Part shown: in pieces, positions 36,827 through 50,246 of the stretch
Position numbering within the stretch: the first letter of the stretch is position 1
Layout of the letters: every line of letters starts with the position of its first letter
Source: Chara braunii
Taxonomy: Eukaryota > Plantae > Charophyceae
Direction: 5' to 3'
NCBI GenBank assembly: GCA_003427395.1
Contig: BFEA01000014.1
Location: 3,474,431-3,538,430 of the forward strand
Length of the DNA: 64,000 nucleotides
Position numbers and translations under genes: made by a program
Notes under the pieces: model-generated
What the model was told of the DNA's origin: nothing
Databases searched by the model: none
Seen by the model: only the letters and a program-made list of their open reading frames with translations

Positions 36827-37273
36827 CTACTCTGCAGCGCCCATAATCTGTTGCAGCGTATGATTGATGGGGGAGAACTGCTTTCGCAGCTTCGCCCTTA
36901 TCGTTCGGCTGCGAAGTCCATCAATAAACAAATCTCTCCCGACTTGTTCGCCCCGCTCAGTTTTCACAAATATTCGGTAAAATCCGTTTCGATATTCCGC
37001 GATAGATTCAAGAGGTTTTTGCACCCGATCTTTGATTATGAAAAGTGCTTTCTCTGGATGGACATAGTCGAATGGATTCAGGAAGTCTCGCTCGAAGGTC
37101 GGAAGATCCACCCATACATAGGTACTAAACCAATGATGAGCGTCTCCTCCTAATCGGACGGGAATATTTACATGAGCTTCGTTATCATCATACTGATGTG
37201 CCCGGAGCGTGGCCAACCATGCCCCAACAAGATGATGTGCGGGGTCAAACAGATAGAAATCAGGTGGCGTCAT
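36827..37273 (-). pseudogene. Gag (retrotransposon gag-like)
   Basis: First ORF after the PBS, with gag-like LGGDAHHW, Q...ESIAEY and FIDGL. Confidence 0.7.
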
Positions 37274-37490
37274 GGGAGCCCATGCTCGTGGGGCGGGTTA
37301 ATTAGGATTTGGTTGTTGATTCTGCTGCGGATTCGGATTAGCGTTCATGTTGGCTGCCCGTCGATTAACCGATCTGCTTCGGGTGATGACGGGGTCGCGT
37401 CTATGCGTGTTCCGGGGTCGAGGTCGCCCTCGGTTAGCCAGATCGCTCAATTATCGTGTTGTTAGTCCTAACAACCCGGCCACGTGTCGA

Positions 37491-37502
37491 GCTCTGATAC
37501 CA
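37491..37502 (-). promoter_or_regulatory. Primer-binding site for initiator tRNA-Met
   Basis: Minus strand TGGTATCAGAGC immediately after the 5' LTR. Confidence 0.9.
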
Positions 37503-39947
37503 ACCTCACGCCCAGCGCGACTTCCTGATCGGAGTAGAATGGGGGCCTGGAAGTGCGGAAAAGAGTGTGCCAAGGATTTTTGGGAAAGTGGGGGTGAAGT
37601 CCCAACTCAGAATTGAGATATCCTGTGGCAGAGTTGTTCGGGGGCACGGGTGCAATTTGGCAGAGAGGGCGGACCACTTCTGGTCATAAGGCAGATGGCA
37701 TGCGCGGGTCACTTATGGTCGTGCGATCCATCTGTGTTGAGGACGGCGGTTCATCGGAAGATCCCTTCGGGGTGGGTGTGATCCTGATGAGTCCGCTCGT
37801 CGGTTATCGCCATGTGGCGCCGGTTGTCGTACGTTCAGGTTGGGCCCTCGCGGTCCCGAGGCTCTCTGGTTGCCGCGTTGTCGGCAATTTCCGCAGGGCG
37901 TGCTGGGCCAGTAGGGGGCTATTGCTTTCCACGGGATGACCCTGAGTTGGTGATACAGTAGAAGAAGGCGGAAGAAAGGGTAGTTAGTGGAGATAACGAC
38001 AAAGCCGGGGGAAATAAAGTAGTAAGTGTGGTCCTCGGTGGGGAAATCAGAACATCGTGGATCGCTGGTTGTGGCACAGTGGAACTCCCTAGGACACAGT
38101 CGGTTTTCAGTTAGGCAGGGGAACCTCTGTCGGAGGCACTCCTCAATCCAAGGAGTGAAGTACTCCGGATCGTATGACGAATCTGAGCTCCTGGAGCGCG
38201 TCATTACGTCATCGTGGAGCCGCGAAAGTCCTAAGGACGTGTCCTCATCGACTGCGATCACCGCTTGTGAATACGTGCAGGCTGCGCGAGGCGCGCTTAC
38301 ACGTGTTCATACGGGATGATTGTTTCGTTGCTGACGCGGAAGGGCCACATCCAATCACGCAATATCCCCGTAATCGTCAAGTTTGTGAGTCGACGCGGGG
38401 GAACTCGTGTAAGTGCGCAGATCATATCGTACCTACGCGCGCCCCTGCGCGGCGTTCGCTGGTTTTCTGGGCAACCAGTTATCCGATCACCTAATCATAC
38501 CGTAATTTCTGAGTATGCAAGATGCAACAACCACAAAAACTCGATCAGAAGATAAGCAAAAATGGAAACAACATTGATGACTACGCAAAATTCCTACCTT
38601 ATTCACGAATGCATCAAGATGGTAAGCAAAGGCAAGGATCATGTAGAAAGACAAGTAAACAGACACGACATCCATTCATCCATTCGCACACCATATCCGA
38701 GATGGAAATAACAAAGACGAGTATGGATGATAGAAAACCAAGCCAAGATTCCAAAAACAAAAACGGGCGAATCGCCCTGATCCGAAATCAAATTTATATA
38801 CACCAGCAGAGAGGGAGAAAAAACAAAAGAAACAGCAAATCCACGTCCATCGACCTCAACTCCCTCTTCCTCTCTCTCTCTCTCTCTCCGATGCGGACAT
38901 TCCGTCGTCACGCACCAACCCACGAAGCCATCACCCCGCTTAGTCCTCCCGCACCCATCAGGTTCGCCCGTGCCCACAGTCCGTCGTTGCTCGCGTCAAC
39001 CCCGCGCGTTTGGCACCAGCTCGTCGGGTCGCCCGACTCCCACTTCAACTCACCTCTTACTTTGCTCGTGAGCCGACCCTTCTTGATCACGCTTCCCTGA
39101 GTTTCCACTTAGCTGGTTAAGAGAGCTAACTAATTGCACAGCCGGAATTTATAACTATGATGCATGCGCAAAGAACACGGAATTACAAGGACTTACTAGA
39201 AAGAAGATTAGAGAGGGAGCGCCTGCGTTTTGCATGACCAGGCCGCGGCGTGGGGGACTTTGCCCCTCTCCACGCATCGATCCGATAGGGCAGCCCGCGG
39301 GCGTGCTAGACATCAGAAGAAGAAAGCGAAGGCGGGAAAGACGAAGCACAAGAAGAAAGATACATGTACAATGGCGCCTGCCCGAAATTACAATTATATA
39401 CACGATTAAAGGCGTGGACTAATCAGAGTTTTGTTGCAACTGCGCGAAGAAGCGCGTAAGAAAAAAGCGCTGCACGACCCAGAGGAAATTCCTAATTACA
39501 AAATCCATAAATTTCTATCTAACAAAAAAGGCGGGAAGCACAAATTACGAAAGGAAAGTCCGAAATTCCGAGAGCCATCGGGGCTCGAGAAGATTCGAAA
39601 AAGAATTCGAAAAAGAAAATTCAAAAATAACAAAGCAAATTCCACGCGATGTCTGTGCCTAAAAGGTCCGAGCTCGAATAAAAAAGGAAGCGACGTCAAC
39701 ATTTATTAATCGCACGTATGACAGCGCGCCAGCCATCCAACCAACCAATCGACCGATCGTCCCGGGACATGCCCAGTTCCGAACTCAACCATCGAAAAAG
39801 GAAACGACGAAAAAAACAAAGAAGCAGGGACACCAATGCAATTTCCTTTCTATCCCGATCTCCCATAATAGGCCCATTCCTCCCAGCTAAGGACCCCTCA
39901 TCGCTATTGCGCAGGAAATCGCGCGGTGCGGAAATCGGTTTGTCACA
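37503..39947 (-). repeat. 5' LTR (~2.45 kb)
   Basis: Direct repeat of 27017-29037; begins TGTGAC on the minus strand. Confidence 0.9.
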
Positions 39948-40501
39948 ACAAGGTAGTATGGGCAGCGACACTACGGAGGCAGTGTGAGTGCTACCGACAG
40001 TGGTGAGAATGCTCTCCTTACTTATAGTTAGCATAATTAGGGTAGGAAGCAAGTGATCTTGGTCCATTGATTGATATTATCCCTGAAGATCCAAGGGTGC
40101 GTGGTGGGAAACCAGTCTTGGCGGTTCAACCTTCCTTGACTTTACAGATCCGTACTTGGTCTCTTTTCTGTAAGATCTTGAAGCTAAGTTGGGTAAGGCT
40201 CCCAGAGAGATTAGCAGGAGATCCGGGATATGAATTCCTCAGTAGTTCTTGACTGGTTTGCTCCCCCTTTTGAGTCCTAAAAGTTTTGCTCCAGTTGCTC
40301 ACTTTCTTTGTAGTTGCAGACCAGCGGACGCTAGACCCGGTTTCCAGCACAAGCTTCACTACCGCGTTGAGATGTTGAGGGATTCCCGACCTCATTCATT
40401 TACTTTTATAATATAAGCTGCAATTAAAAAAAAATAGAAATAAAAATAAATAAATAAACATTGTATATGAAAAAAAAAAAAAAAAAAAAACATTGTATAC
40501 G

Positions 40502-40613
40502 GTTCTTTGGGACATCCGTTAAAATTGGAACGATATAGAGAAAGAAGATTAGCATGGCCCTTGCGCAAGGATGGCACGCATAAATCGAGAATATTCAAAA
40601 AAAAAAAAAAAAA
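40502..40613 (+). pseudogene. Near full-length U6 snRNA retropseudogene with poly(A)
   Basis: GTTCTTTGGGACATCCGTTAAAATTGGAACGATA...GATTAGCATGGCCCTTGCGCAAGGATGGCACGCATAAATCGAGAA followed by poly(A). 10-bp TSD ATTGTATACG at 40492-501 and 40616-25. Confidence 0.92.
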
Positions 40614-40677
40614 GGATTGTATACGTAGGAGGAAAGGTCTCACTAGCAAAAAGGATTGCATTCGACACCTGGGGCCA

Positions 40678-40829
40678 AGTCCCACTAGCAGCGTTGAGCT
40701 ACCTTAACGCCTGAATCTGGACGTGTTTGTAGAGACGTGCAGTTCATGAAACTCAACACCATTTTTGCACATCTCGGCAAAAGCGTCCAGATTCAGGCGT
40801 TGAGGTAGCTCAACGCTGCTAGCGGGACT
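40678..40829. mobile_element. MITE with ~45-bp near-perfect TIRs, nested in an older copy of the same family (~40636-40947)
   Basis: AGTCCCACTAGCAGCGTTGAGCTACCTTAACGCCTGAATCTGGACG and its reverse complement at 40784-40829. Confidence 0.8.
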
Positions 40830-41569
40830 TGCCTCCTGAATCTGGACGGGTTTGTGGACAGAGGCGCAAAATAGCCATTAATCTGTTTTTTCCTGCATCT
40901 CTGCCTAAAAAACCATCCAGATCCAGTCCTCAGTGGGACGTCGCCCCCGTTCAAGTGCCACTTGCGGTCTTCAACCGAATAGTAGCACCTTTTTTTTTTT
41001 CTTTTTTTTTTTTTTTTTCTTTTTTTTTCCTTTTAAAAATCAAACCGACGAAGGGCAGTGCGTTAGCGCTAAGGAGTCACCCCAGTGGCAGGGTTCGGCG
41101 TTGGGGGATCGCTCACGGGGCTGACAAATTCTGTCTGCTTCGATTGCCAAAACTTGGCGCTGGGGTGACCATGGCGGCGCATGGAAGAACACTAGGGTGT
41201 TAGGAGTGTGTGTCGAGGGAGCAGTGATACACTCCTTGTCGTTGCTGGTCTCACTTGACTTCTGTCAGGAATCCTAGTTCGGTGGAGGAAGGAGAGCGTA
41301 ATATGTGTGGGCCATCGGCGGGTGGGATCCGGACACTGCACCATACCTGACGAGACCGATCAGGAATTCTGCCCCTCGATCTTTGATATGGAGGTTTTTG
41401 GGGGGGTCTCCTGCCCTGCCATTGTTGTCAGAGTCAGCCCACGAAGGTGACGAAGATAGGAGCTACGGGAGATTGCTGGACTTCTTATGTTCGCTGCGCA
41501 GTCGGGGTACGTGGGGATTTCGTTTACGATCTCCAGCCAGAGCGCACATCGACTTTGTGGATTAGGGTC

Positions 41570-41621
<52 letters not shown>

Positions 41622-41661
41622 NNNNNNNNNNNNNNNNNNNNNNNNNNNNNNNNNNNNNNNN

Positions 41662-41728
<67 letters not shown>

Positions 41729-43551
41729 GTACATAGTGGACTGTTTGTGTTGGATCGTTGTTGTTGGTTTGGTGTTAGTTATCTGAGTTCTTTTTCGTGT
41801 GTGGGTAACAATTGTTGTAATTAGTTGCGATTCTAGTGTAGCATTTTGCATGCGATGGAATAAAATAGAGAGTGTCGCTCTGTAGGAACATCATTATGGT
41901 CGGCAGTAGGGTTTCCTTGTGAGAAGGTGCAGATTAGTGGAAGTGGTTTTTCCTAAATCGCGAGGAGGCGGGGTCTTTGACCCCTGCCGCGCTAGAGGTA
42001 GGGTATTACCGCTGAAACGTTGAATTTGGGTCAGATATTCATTTAATCTTAATAGGCTGCTGTTTGCTGTCATCTGAATTCTTAAGGACAAGTGGTGAGT
42101 ATTGCTTTACAGGGGCTTCGTCATGGAGGGAGGCGAAGCATCCGTAAGGGGTGTATGTAGATTGTGGGAGAGACTTACCCTAAACCGCGAGGAGGTGGGT
42201 GGGTTTTGCGGGGCTGTTTAGCCCCTGCCGCGTGGGAGGTAGGGTAATCCCCCGGCTAATGAAAATAGCATCGTGGTGGGAGTTGGTGTTTTCGTAAAAA
42301 CGAGTATGGGGAGGTGATATCCGCTTTAAATCACGAGAAGATGGGTGGGTTTGCGGGGTCTTTGTCAGCAGTTTGGGGCCTGTGGGCACAAACCCCTTCC
42401 GTGCGGGTGGTACGGCGGATTGGCAGGGGTTGGTAATAACTCCGGATGAATGGTGGACATGATCACGCAGCGCTGACTTCTCGTTTCTTTTTTGTGGTTT
42501 TGATTCCCTTTTCTATTTTTTTTTTATTTTTTATTTTTGTTTTTTTGGGGTAGTTCCTTTTGCACATGATTTCTTAATGGACGATGGAATTTGGGTCACT
42601 AAATTAGGGTTCACATGACTATTGTGATTAGAAATTTTAGTGATGAGCTTAGACTTTGATGATAAATTTCGTTGATTCTTCAGTGGTAGATATTGTGGAT
42701 TTGGTTGCGGAGTTGGCTGCAGGGTGAAATCTAGTGGTACCCTCGATGTGCTCGACCGGTGATGCTTTGCCCGCCGAGGGCCCCACTGAATTTTGTGAGG
42801 GACGCTGGACCCGGTTCCCAACTTTTATAAAGGGAAAAAAAAAAAAAAAAAATAGCGGAAAAAAAAAAAAAATCTTGAGGCCGTGAGCATGGTCCCACTA
42901 GCAACCGGATAGGATAGAAAAGAATTTGTCTGGCAGTTTAGTGACCCAAATCCTGTCGTGCAGTACTCGTGATCCCATGGTCAGTATTTTATATGTATTA
43001 CCCGAAAAAGTAAGGAGATCTTGGTTCCCCTCCTCCTCTCCTTAACACTGGGCATGCCGGTGCAAAGGAAGTTTCCCGCCAAAATCTTTTAAATCCGTTG
43101 GGGGTATGGTCAACCCCAAAAGAGAGTGGGGTCGGCCATAGGCCCATTGGATAGAAGATTTTCAGTATTTTGCTTGCTGTTGTGCAATTATCTCATTGGG
43201 TGGAGCCCTCCTTCAATCACAGAGTATATGGAGGGCGTCAGGATCACTGCTGCCAGAAGTTGAGTTCATTCCAAAAAATGTGGCAGTTAGTTTCTGCACT
43301 GTTGTTGCAACCACCACCATCAGATCACTTGTGATCTGATGGCTGGGAAACACTCTGCCGTAATTTCAGGTGGGAGGTCTCTGTTTTTTTTTTTTTTTTT
43401 GCCTCTTTCCTGTTTTCTCACCCCAGAAATTCATAGAGAACCTGTCAGGCCGCTGCCACTTAGTGTCACATTGGATAGGCCACACTCCTATCCGACTGCT
43501 AATGGGACCATGCTCCGGGGTCCTCACAGTCTACCCGGTACGTAATCATGT

Positions 43552-43913
43552 GGGGTGAGGTCCCACTAGCAAAAAAGATAGGATAGAGCTCCTGAATCTG
43601 GATGTATTTTATGTCGAGATGCAGAAAAGCAGTTCAATCTCGATTTCCTGCACATTCCCATAAAAGTCCAGATCCAGACATTCTATCCGATCCTCTTTGC
43701 TAGTGGGACCATGCCCCTGGGAGCGTTACCCAGTTTCGCTTACAGGGTTGAGGCTTGCAGAGGCCCAACCCTCTCGGCGAAGGTCCCACTAGCAAAATGG
43801 ATAGGATTGAGCGGCTGCAGAAAAACTTATCAATTGCAACTTCTTCACCTCTCCGCAAACACGTCCATATTCGGGCTTTAAATCCAATCCTCTGTGCCAG
43901 TGGGACCTCGCCC
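43552..43913. mobile_element. Two adjacent GGTCCCACTAGC-family MITEs
   Basis: TIR pairs at 43559/43710 and 43782/43907. Confidence 0.7.
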
Positions 43914-44384
43914 GAGCAACAGGATAGGATAGAAACGAGTTTGTGGGGCAGTTGAGTGACCCAAATCCTGCCGTGCAGTACTCGTGATCCCACGGTTAAT
44001 ATTTTACATGTATTACCCAATAAAGTACGAAGATCTTTATTCCCCTTCTCCTCTCCTTAAACCACAAGTAGTTGGCCCAACCATCGAGTCCGAGCCTTGG
44101 CCGACCGATATGCCAAGCCGTGCCGAGGCTCACAGTACCAGGCGCTGCCTTCCCAGACCTCTGCGGAAAGAGGGGGGGGAAAAAAAAAAAAAAAAACTAA
44201 CCGCCATTCTTTTTTTTTTCGAAGTTCTTTTTTTTTTCACAGTTCTTTTTTTTTTCAAAGTTATTTTCATCATTCCCTCGCAGGATACGTACTTCTGACA
44301 AAAATAAGTCGAAAAAGATAACGAAAGAAAAAAAAAAAAAAAAACGAGAAAACAGTCCGTTCAACTTTGGTTGTGGAGAGAGCG

Positions 44385-44441
<57 letters not shown>

Positions 44442-44591
44442 GAGAGAGAGAGAGAGAGACCTCACCGCCTCTCTCTCTCTCTCTTTTAAAGTGTGGAAAA
44501 TGGGAATGAATCTTCCTGCTGTCACGAGAAGTCTTCTAAAGTGTGGAAAACGGGAATGAATCTTCCTGCTGTTATGGGAAGATGCCCTCCC

Positions 44592-44672
<81 letters not shown>

Positions 44673-45127
44673 GCCCGCCTGTGCATTTTTTTATTTTTGC
44701 CCGTTTCTTTTTCGTGGTTTCTTTGCTTTCGTATTTCATTTTTTTTTCTTTGTTTTCATATTTCATTTTTTTTTCCAGTTTTCATTCACGCTACGTGTCA
44801 TGCCGACAGTACCCAGACCCGACCTTCAAGCAGCAACCAGGCCTTCCCTTGGCCGACCCCTGAAGGTGTCAGCATGTTAAACCAGCAGTACACGACTCCA
44901 GCCGTGCAACAAATGAACTTGTCGCCACACGCGACAAATTGAAAGGTCGGGGCAGGGTTGGACTGGCGGTGACCTGTAGAAATGTATTGGGTCCACGCCG
45001 GCTCACGCACAAACTTCTTATTGTCCGTGGCTGCCAGTAAGGTCTGTCGGCCTTCCGATTGTACGGAAAGTGGCCAATGCAGGGGCAAATTGGAAAAAAA
45101 AAAAAAGAAATCCGACATGGTCGGCAT

Positions 45128-46068
45128 AACACAGGATTTGTGAAAACCTAACAAAACAAATTCAATTTGTTAGGTTTGCACGAAATGTATTCAAGATTAT
45201 GATAGTATGTTTTTCAGGCCTCCTCCAGGAACAAAATTCTATGTGAAGTAAAACAACCGCAAAAAAAAGAATAAAAAATTACTTTTTGAGAACCATTGGA
45301 AGTGGCGAGGAGAAAAACAGGTTTTCCACATAAAATCACTACCTTGTGAAGCAGCGTATGTTGAAGAACTAAAATATCTCTTTTTTTTTGTTATCTAAAA
45401 AAATCATGTTTATGGTCCTATAAGATGTATAGCACGATGAACGTATTCGGGGGTTTTTCGAACGCTCAAACATGTTCTCAAACATATCCTCCCATACCTG
45501 AGCGAACATATTATTTTTTACATTTTATTTTATTTATTTTTTCCGTTTCTTTTTATTATAAACTCACGTTTGGCTAAGAATTTGAAGGTGTCTCCCCGAC
45601 AAAAATTTTGTATTCTTATTTTAAATAACATAAATTTTTTGTTAAGGGTTTTATTGTTAACGTCAAAATTTATTTAGAGTCTTATAAATTAATTTTTGCA
45701 GATCTTGGTTTTTACCTAACTGCTGAAAATGACGTATAGTTCTATAAATGAGTATTTACCCAAAACCATTTTTTTTTACATTTTTCAAGTTTGCCTTGTA
45801 GTGCTTAAAAATTGTCATATTTGAGCTTTGTTTTTTGCAAATCTACTAAGAATGACTTATATCCATATAAGAGAATTTTGAAAGAAAGAGTTTTTTTGCA
45901 CATTTGAGGAACAGTTGATTTTTCACATTGTTTTTTGCCTCCTTTATCGAAAAAAAAGTTAAAAATGCCATATTTTTGTGTAAAAAATAACAACTTGATT
46001 TTTACTTTTTCATTCTATAAAAAATGTGAGGTTTTGTCGTTTTGTTACGTTTTCTTGAATCCAGTGTT
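45128..46068. mobile_element. AT-rich non-autonomous DNA transposon, ~940 bp
   Basis: Imperfect ~30-bp TIR AACAC(A/T)GGATT...GAAAAC.TAACAAAAC with a 5-bp direct repeat GGCAT on both flanks. Confidence 0.6.
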
Positions 46069-46186
46069 GGCATGCGCATTGTCGTTCAGTACATACAGTG
46101 ACCGTTATCGGGCGGCCTACCTCCATGGCCCTTCCAGTCTATCAGCATGCACACGTGCTTTCGCCATCTTTAGGGCAGGGTCGTCA

Positions 46187-46254
<68 letters not shown>

Positions 46255-46509
46255 TCTCTCACGCGCGCGCGCGCGCGCCAGCTTGTGCATGCATGCGGCG
46301 TGCTCTAGTACTACAGTGCACAAGTCGACCGTCCATTGTGGAAGAGTGATATGGATGGTGGCGCCATAACCTTTTGCCATTGCCTGTAGAAGAAAATAAA
46401 AATAAAAAAATTGATCTTTTTGCAATTCACAGTGAGGCTTCGGGCGCCAGGCAAAATGACATTTAGTTTTTGTTTTTTTTTCTCAAGCCGACATCATTCG
46501 GCAGACAGC

Positions 46510-46562
<53 letters not shown>

Positions 46563-46567
46563 ACACA

Positions 46568-46624
<57 letters not shown>

Positions 46625-46625
46625 N

Positions 46626-46702
<77 letters not shown>

Positions 46703-47744
46703 AGATCTATCAAACAGATTCGATAAATTCGCTGAACAATATTACCAATCCCGAAACCAAACAAACAACTCCACCCCCCAAGCCCCCCCTCCGCACCATG
46801 CCCATCTTTTCGACGTGTTCATTTTAGGTACGGACTTTTTTTGTTTATTCACATTTTTAGCACTCTTTCGGGTTTCGGACATATACATATCTGCCATTGA
46901 AAGCGCACATCGTGCAAGACTTTGCAAAAGAGAGGTAAAACTAATACTGAGAAAAAGGAGAGAAAACACAACAAAAATATATATATTTCGGATCTCCCCT
47001 ACCCAATCCTTGGTTTCCCGGAGTGGGGGCCGCGGAAGGTTACTGATATGGCTGGATGTGCATGTTCCACGTCGGGCCATGCTAGCGTTGCCTGTACACT
47101 CAGCTGCTGACTTTCTCGCGTGTGTGTGTGTGTGTGTCGCATACCATAACGGTGCAGACCAGAACAAGGACTAGACTTTGAGAAGATAGATTCTCAAGAT
47201 ACGAGACTAGACTTTGAGAAGATAGATTCTCAAGATACGAGAAGGGGCCAACTCAACTCACGTGAGAGGCTTTTGGTATCTGGATGCGCCTGAGGGCCTC
47301 GCAATGATGGTCAAAGCGCACAACGAGTCGGTAAAACTGAGCCAGAAAAATCGTGTAATAGCACCCTGACTGCTCTCCACTTGGCGACAATGACCCCCCT
47401 GCAGAAGCTTAATCACCTCTCTAAGCTACTTTGTCGCTCCCTCCGACAAAATTCCCACTACGCAGCCTAGAAAAACTGCGTTCAAATAGTGCACACCCAT
47501 ATGTTCTATTTGAAAGGCAAACGAAATGTAGCAACTCCACAAACTCAATACGCTGACCACTTCAATTAGCGCAACGAGATCTATGTTTAGCGCTTAGAAG
47601 CTGACAACGCCATGATGGATACTTCAGCAAGGGTTTGCTGCCTCCAAACGACTGACCTCAAATAGCTATGTTCCTCGAATGCACCTAGCTAACCTCTGCA
47701 CGCAGGTTCCTTCTAGGATTTGCTCGTGATAGTATTGGAGTAAT

Positions 47745-47800
47745 GGGGTCATGCTAATTTTATTTGTGTCGTTCCAATTTTAACGTATGTCCCAAAGGAC
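47745..47800 (-). pseudogene. U6 snRNA 5'-half fragment
   Basis: Minus strand reads GTCCTTTGGGACATACGTTAAAATTGGAACGACACAAATAAAATTAGCATGACCCC. Confidence 0.8.
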
Positions 47801-48192
47801 AATGACTGAAGAATTTGTCATCGAACTAACGGACCGTAGAGAACTCCGAATTGTAGTACCTACTCATCTGCTTCCAACGAAATTTAAACCGAGGTCTGTA
47901 CTTCAATAGTTCATGGGTGTACTAGCTGAGTTAGGCCCGTAGGTTTGGGGACCGGTCTTGGTATCGGTCCCAAAGAGAAAACAGGATTTTCGAACAAACA
48001 AATAGAAACCTTAAAATATAGTAGGGAGAGCCATGAAACTCCATCAAGGTAAAAGGGAAAATTGTTGGCACACCTAAGTCCAACTAGTCGGTCCCGCGGG
48101 CGCGACCGAAAGTAAAACCAAGTGGGATATTCCATTTCGTCCCTCAACCCCTCGGCCTCTTCAAACTGTTCCAATGCTCCAGTGTTGTTGCC

Positions 48193-48257
48193 CACTGACC
48201 TCGATCCCCGAATCTGGAGCGTGGAAGTCCGACACTGTAACCAATAGTGCTAGGCCC
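48193..48257 (-). mobile_element. tRNA-like head (possibly Gly-TCC-derived) of a putative SINE
   Basis: Minus strand GGGCCTAGCACTATTGGTTACAGTGTCGGACTTCCACGCTCCAGATTCGGGGATCGAGG has degenerate A and B boxes and no good acceptor stem. Confidence 0.4.
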
Positions 48258-49776
48258 AAGGCTGATATTAGCATTATAGGAAACATATATAAATGGGTAC
48301 CACATTGCGCTTAGGCCTACCTAAGCACCCCAAGGTCATAATTTCGGCCTCCCAATCGAACCAACGACCACCTCGCTCCCCTGCCCGTTACACAAAGGTC
48401 TGAGCTCCGCCCATACCACCTATTACGCCAAAGCCGTACCGCCATAGGAGCAATCAGAATGTCTTACCGAGACGTCCGCTACACAACTCAAAACAAGGTT
48501 TTAAATAGTCACTTCTATAAATTCTATGGCACCGACATTCAACCTTACGCCGGTTACGGTAAACCGCCTTTGTGCACTCACACGCCACAGTCAAATGTAC
48601 CAACTAAAGGAAATATCATTTAACCCTGATTTAATCGAAAATGAAAAGACTACCCAACAAGCGTGCCGACTCGTAACATCAAATAAGAAAAATCACACTT
48701 GCCTCAAAACTGCGCGCCCACACACTTTGTACTTTCAGTCAAACATTTAGTTAGCACAAAAGAAAGCACAGCTGCGACTCGCGCAATATATTCCAACTGC
48801 AAGTCAAACTCATTTTTTGTCACTTGCAAAAACTAGGGGCGATACAACGTTTCACGATGTTGATGAGAACCATGGCGGGACAACATGTATCTGCTTCTCG
48901 TCAACGTGGCGATGACGGTCATCATAGGTACTGAAAAAGTTGACAGCGCATGTGATCGCAGGCTGTATGGACGTCGCACATGTGCATGGATATGTTTTTT
49001 TATGTTTAGAATTTTTTTTATTTTTTTTTTGTCTAGTGGTCTTTCAAGTGTGTGTGCTTTGCTTCGTGTCCTTTGTGCAATTTAGTTGTCTCATGGATTT
49101 AAGACGTTCCGTCATTTGATGACTTCCCATCCGCTTGTGACGTTCGTGATCAACTTCTTGCAGGATCTCTAGAAGAGGTCGACCACGTCACCTTACTTCA
49201 TGTCGTCTTGCCCTCTCCGCAGAGTACAAGAAGTTGTGGACATGGTGGATGATTTTGTGCTCACCCATAGACGGATGATCGAACCAACGCATGAGATTAC
49301 GAGCAAGTGGGTCATGTGTCTGCAATCATGGTGGAGGAGATAAAGTGGTTGCAAGCGGAGGTGGAAAACTCCGATATGCAAGAGGGGGTTGCAATGTCGA
49401 GAACGAACTCGAAAGCGACGAAACGCCCAACAACTTTTGTGCGAGAGGACGTGGTGCGACTGCAGCAGCAAACGTTACTTTAAGAACGGGGCTCTGATCA
49501 TTCCGAAGTGGATAGTGTCAGTTTTGTCACCAGTGTTCATAGCCCCATGTGCACACAGACGGTCACTGTTGCAAGCGTTCTTGTGTCTGTCGGAAATGAC
49601 ATGCGGAAAAGTCCGTCGCAACATCATGTGTACATGCATGGCATGTAAGCACAGCCCCGGCCGTCATGCCGGGAATATCCCTGGACCACCGTAATGTCAC
49701 CGTCGTCGCCAAGCATTTGCGAAGGGCGATGTCCTTTGACCCACACTCGTCAACGGGCTCACGGTAGTCATAGTGT

Positions 49777-50246
49777 TTTTGTTTTTGTTTTTGAAAAAAG
49801 GGCTAATTCTTTAAGCCCGACCAATTCAAAGACCTATGAAATCTGGAGAATATGGTCTTTCAGTCCTTTTTTCTTGTTATTTTAGTATTACGGGGAACCC
49901 CGTAGGTGCCACATCCGTGCTCAAGCCTCCAATGAGGGATCATGCGGGAGCTGCACCCACCAGCAGGTGCGATACCTGCTACAACAGGTGGGCGATACCG
50001 GCCAGGGGTCAGCCGGTAGCATCAGGACCGAGTTTTTTCGATGGGCCAGTCACTGTGCCTCCCCTCCGGTCCCCTCCCCCTATGAACATCAACAGTCTCT
50101 GCTCAATGTTACTCGAGGGGACCAACGACATATCTCTAGTTGGCAGGCACCAAGCTTGCCAACGAAGGTACATGAGGCCAATGGGGATTGAACCAAGACC
50201 TCCTGAATGCCACTTACGTGCCTTACCAAATGAGTTAGGCTACTGG
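49777..50246 (-). mobile_element. tRNA-derived SINE, 470 bp
   Basis: tRNA-like head at ~50170-50246 (A box TAACTCATTTGG, B box GGTTCAATCC), a (CAAAAA)n tail, and a 16-bp TSD ACGGTAGTCATAGTGT at 49761-76 and 50247-62. Confidence 0.85.

Larger units (their letters stand above)
27017..39947 (-). mobile_element. Ty3/Gypsy LTR retrotransposon, ~12.9 kb, decayed
   Basis: Two LTRs with outer termini TGTGAC...GTCACA, a 4-bp TSD ACAA, a tRNA-Met PBS, and gag-PR-RT-RH-INT order. Confidence 0.93.

Noticed and set aside
37783-37810. CTGATGAG in the LTR as a hammerhead
   Set aside because: There is no GAAA or stem architecture, and the other LTR reads CCGATGAG.
40502-40596. Functional U6 gene
   Set aside because: The ACAGAGA box is mutated, the 3' U-tract is replaced by poly(A), a TSD is present and no upstream promoter is evident.
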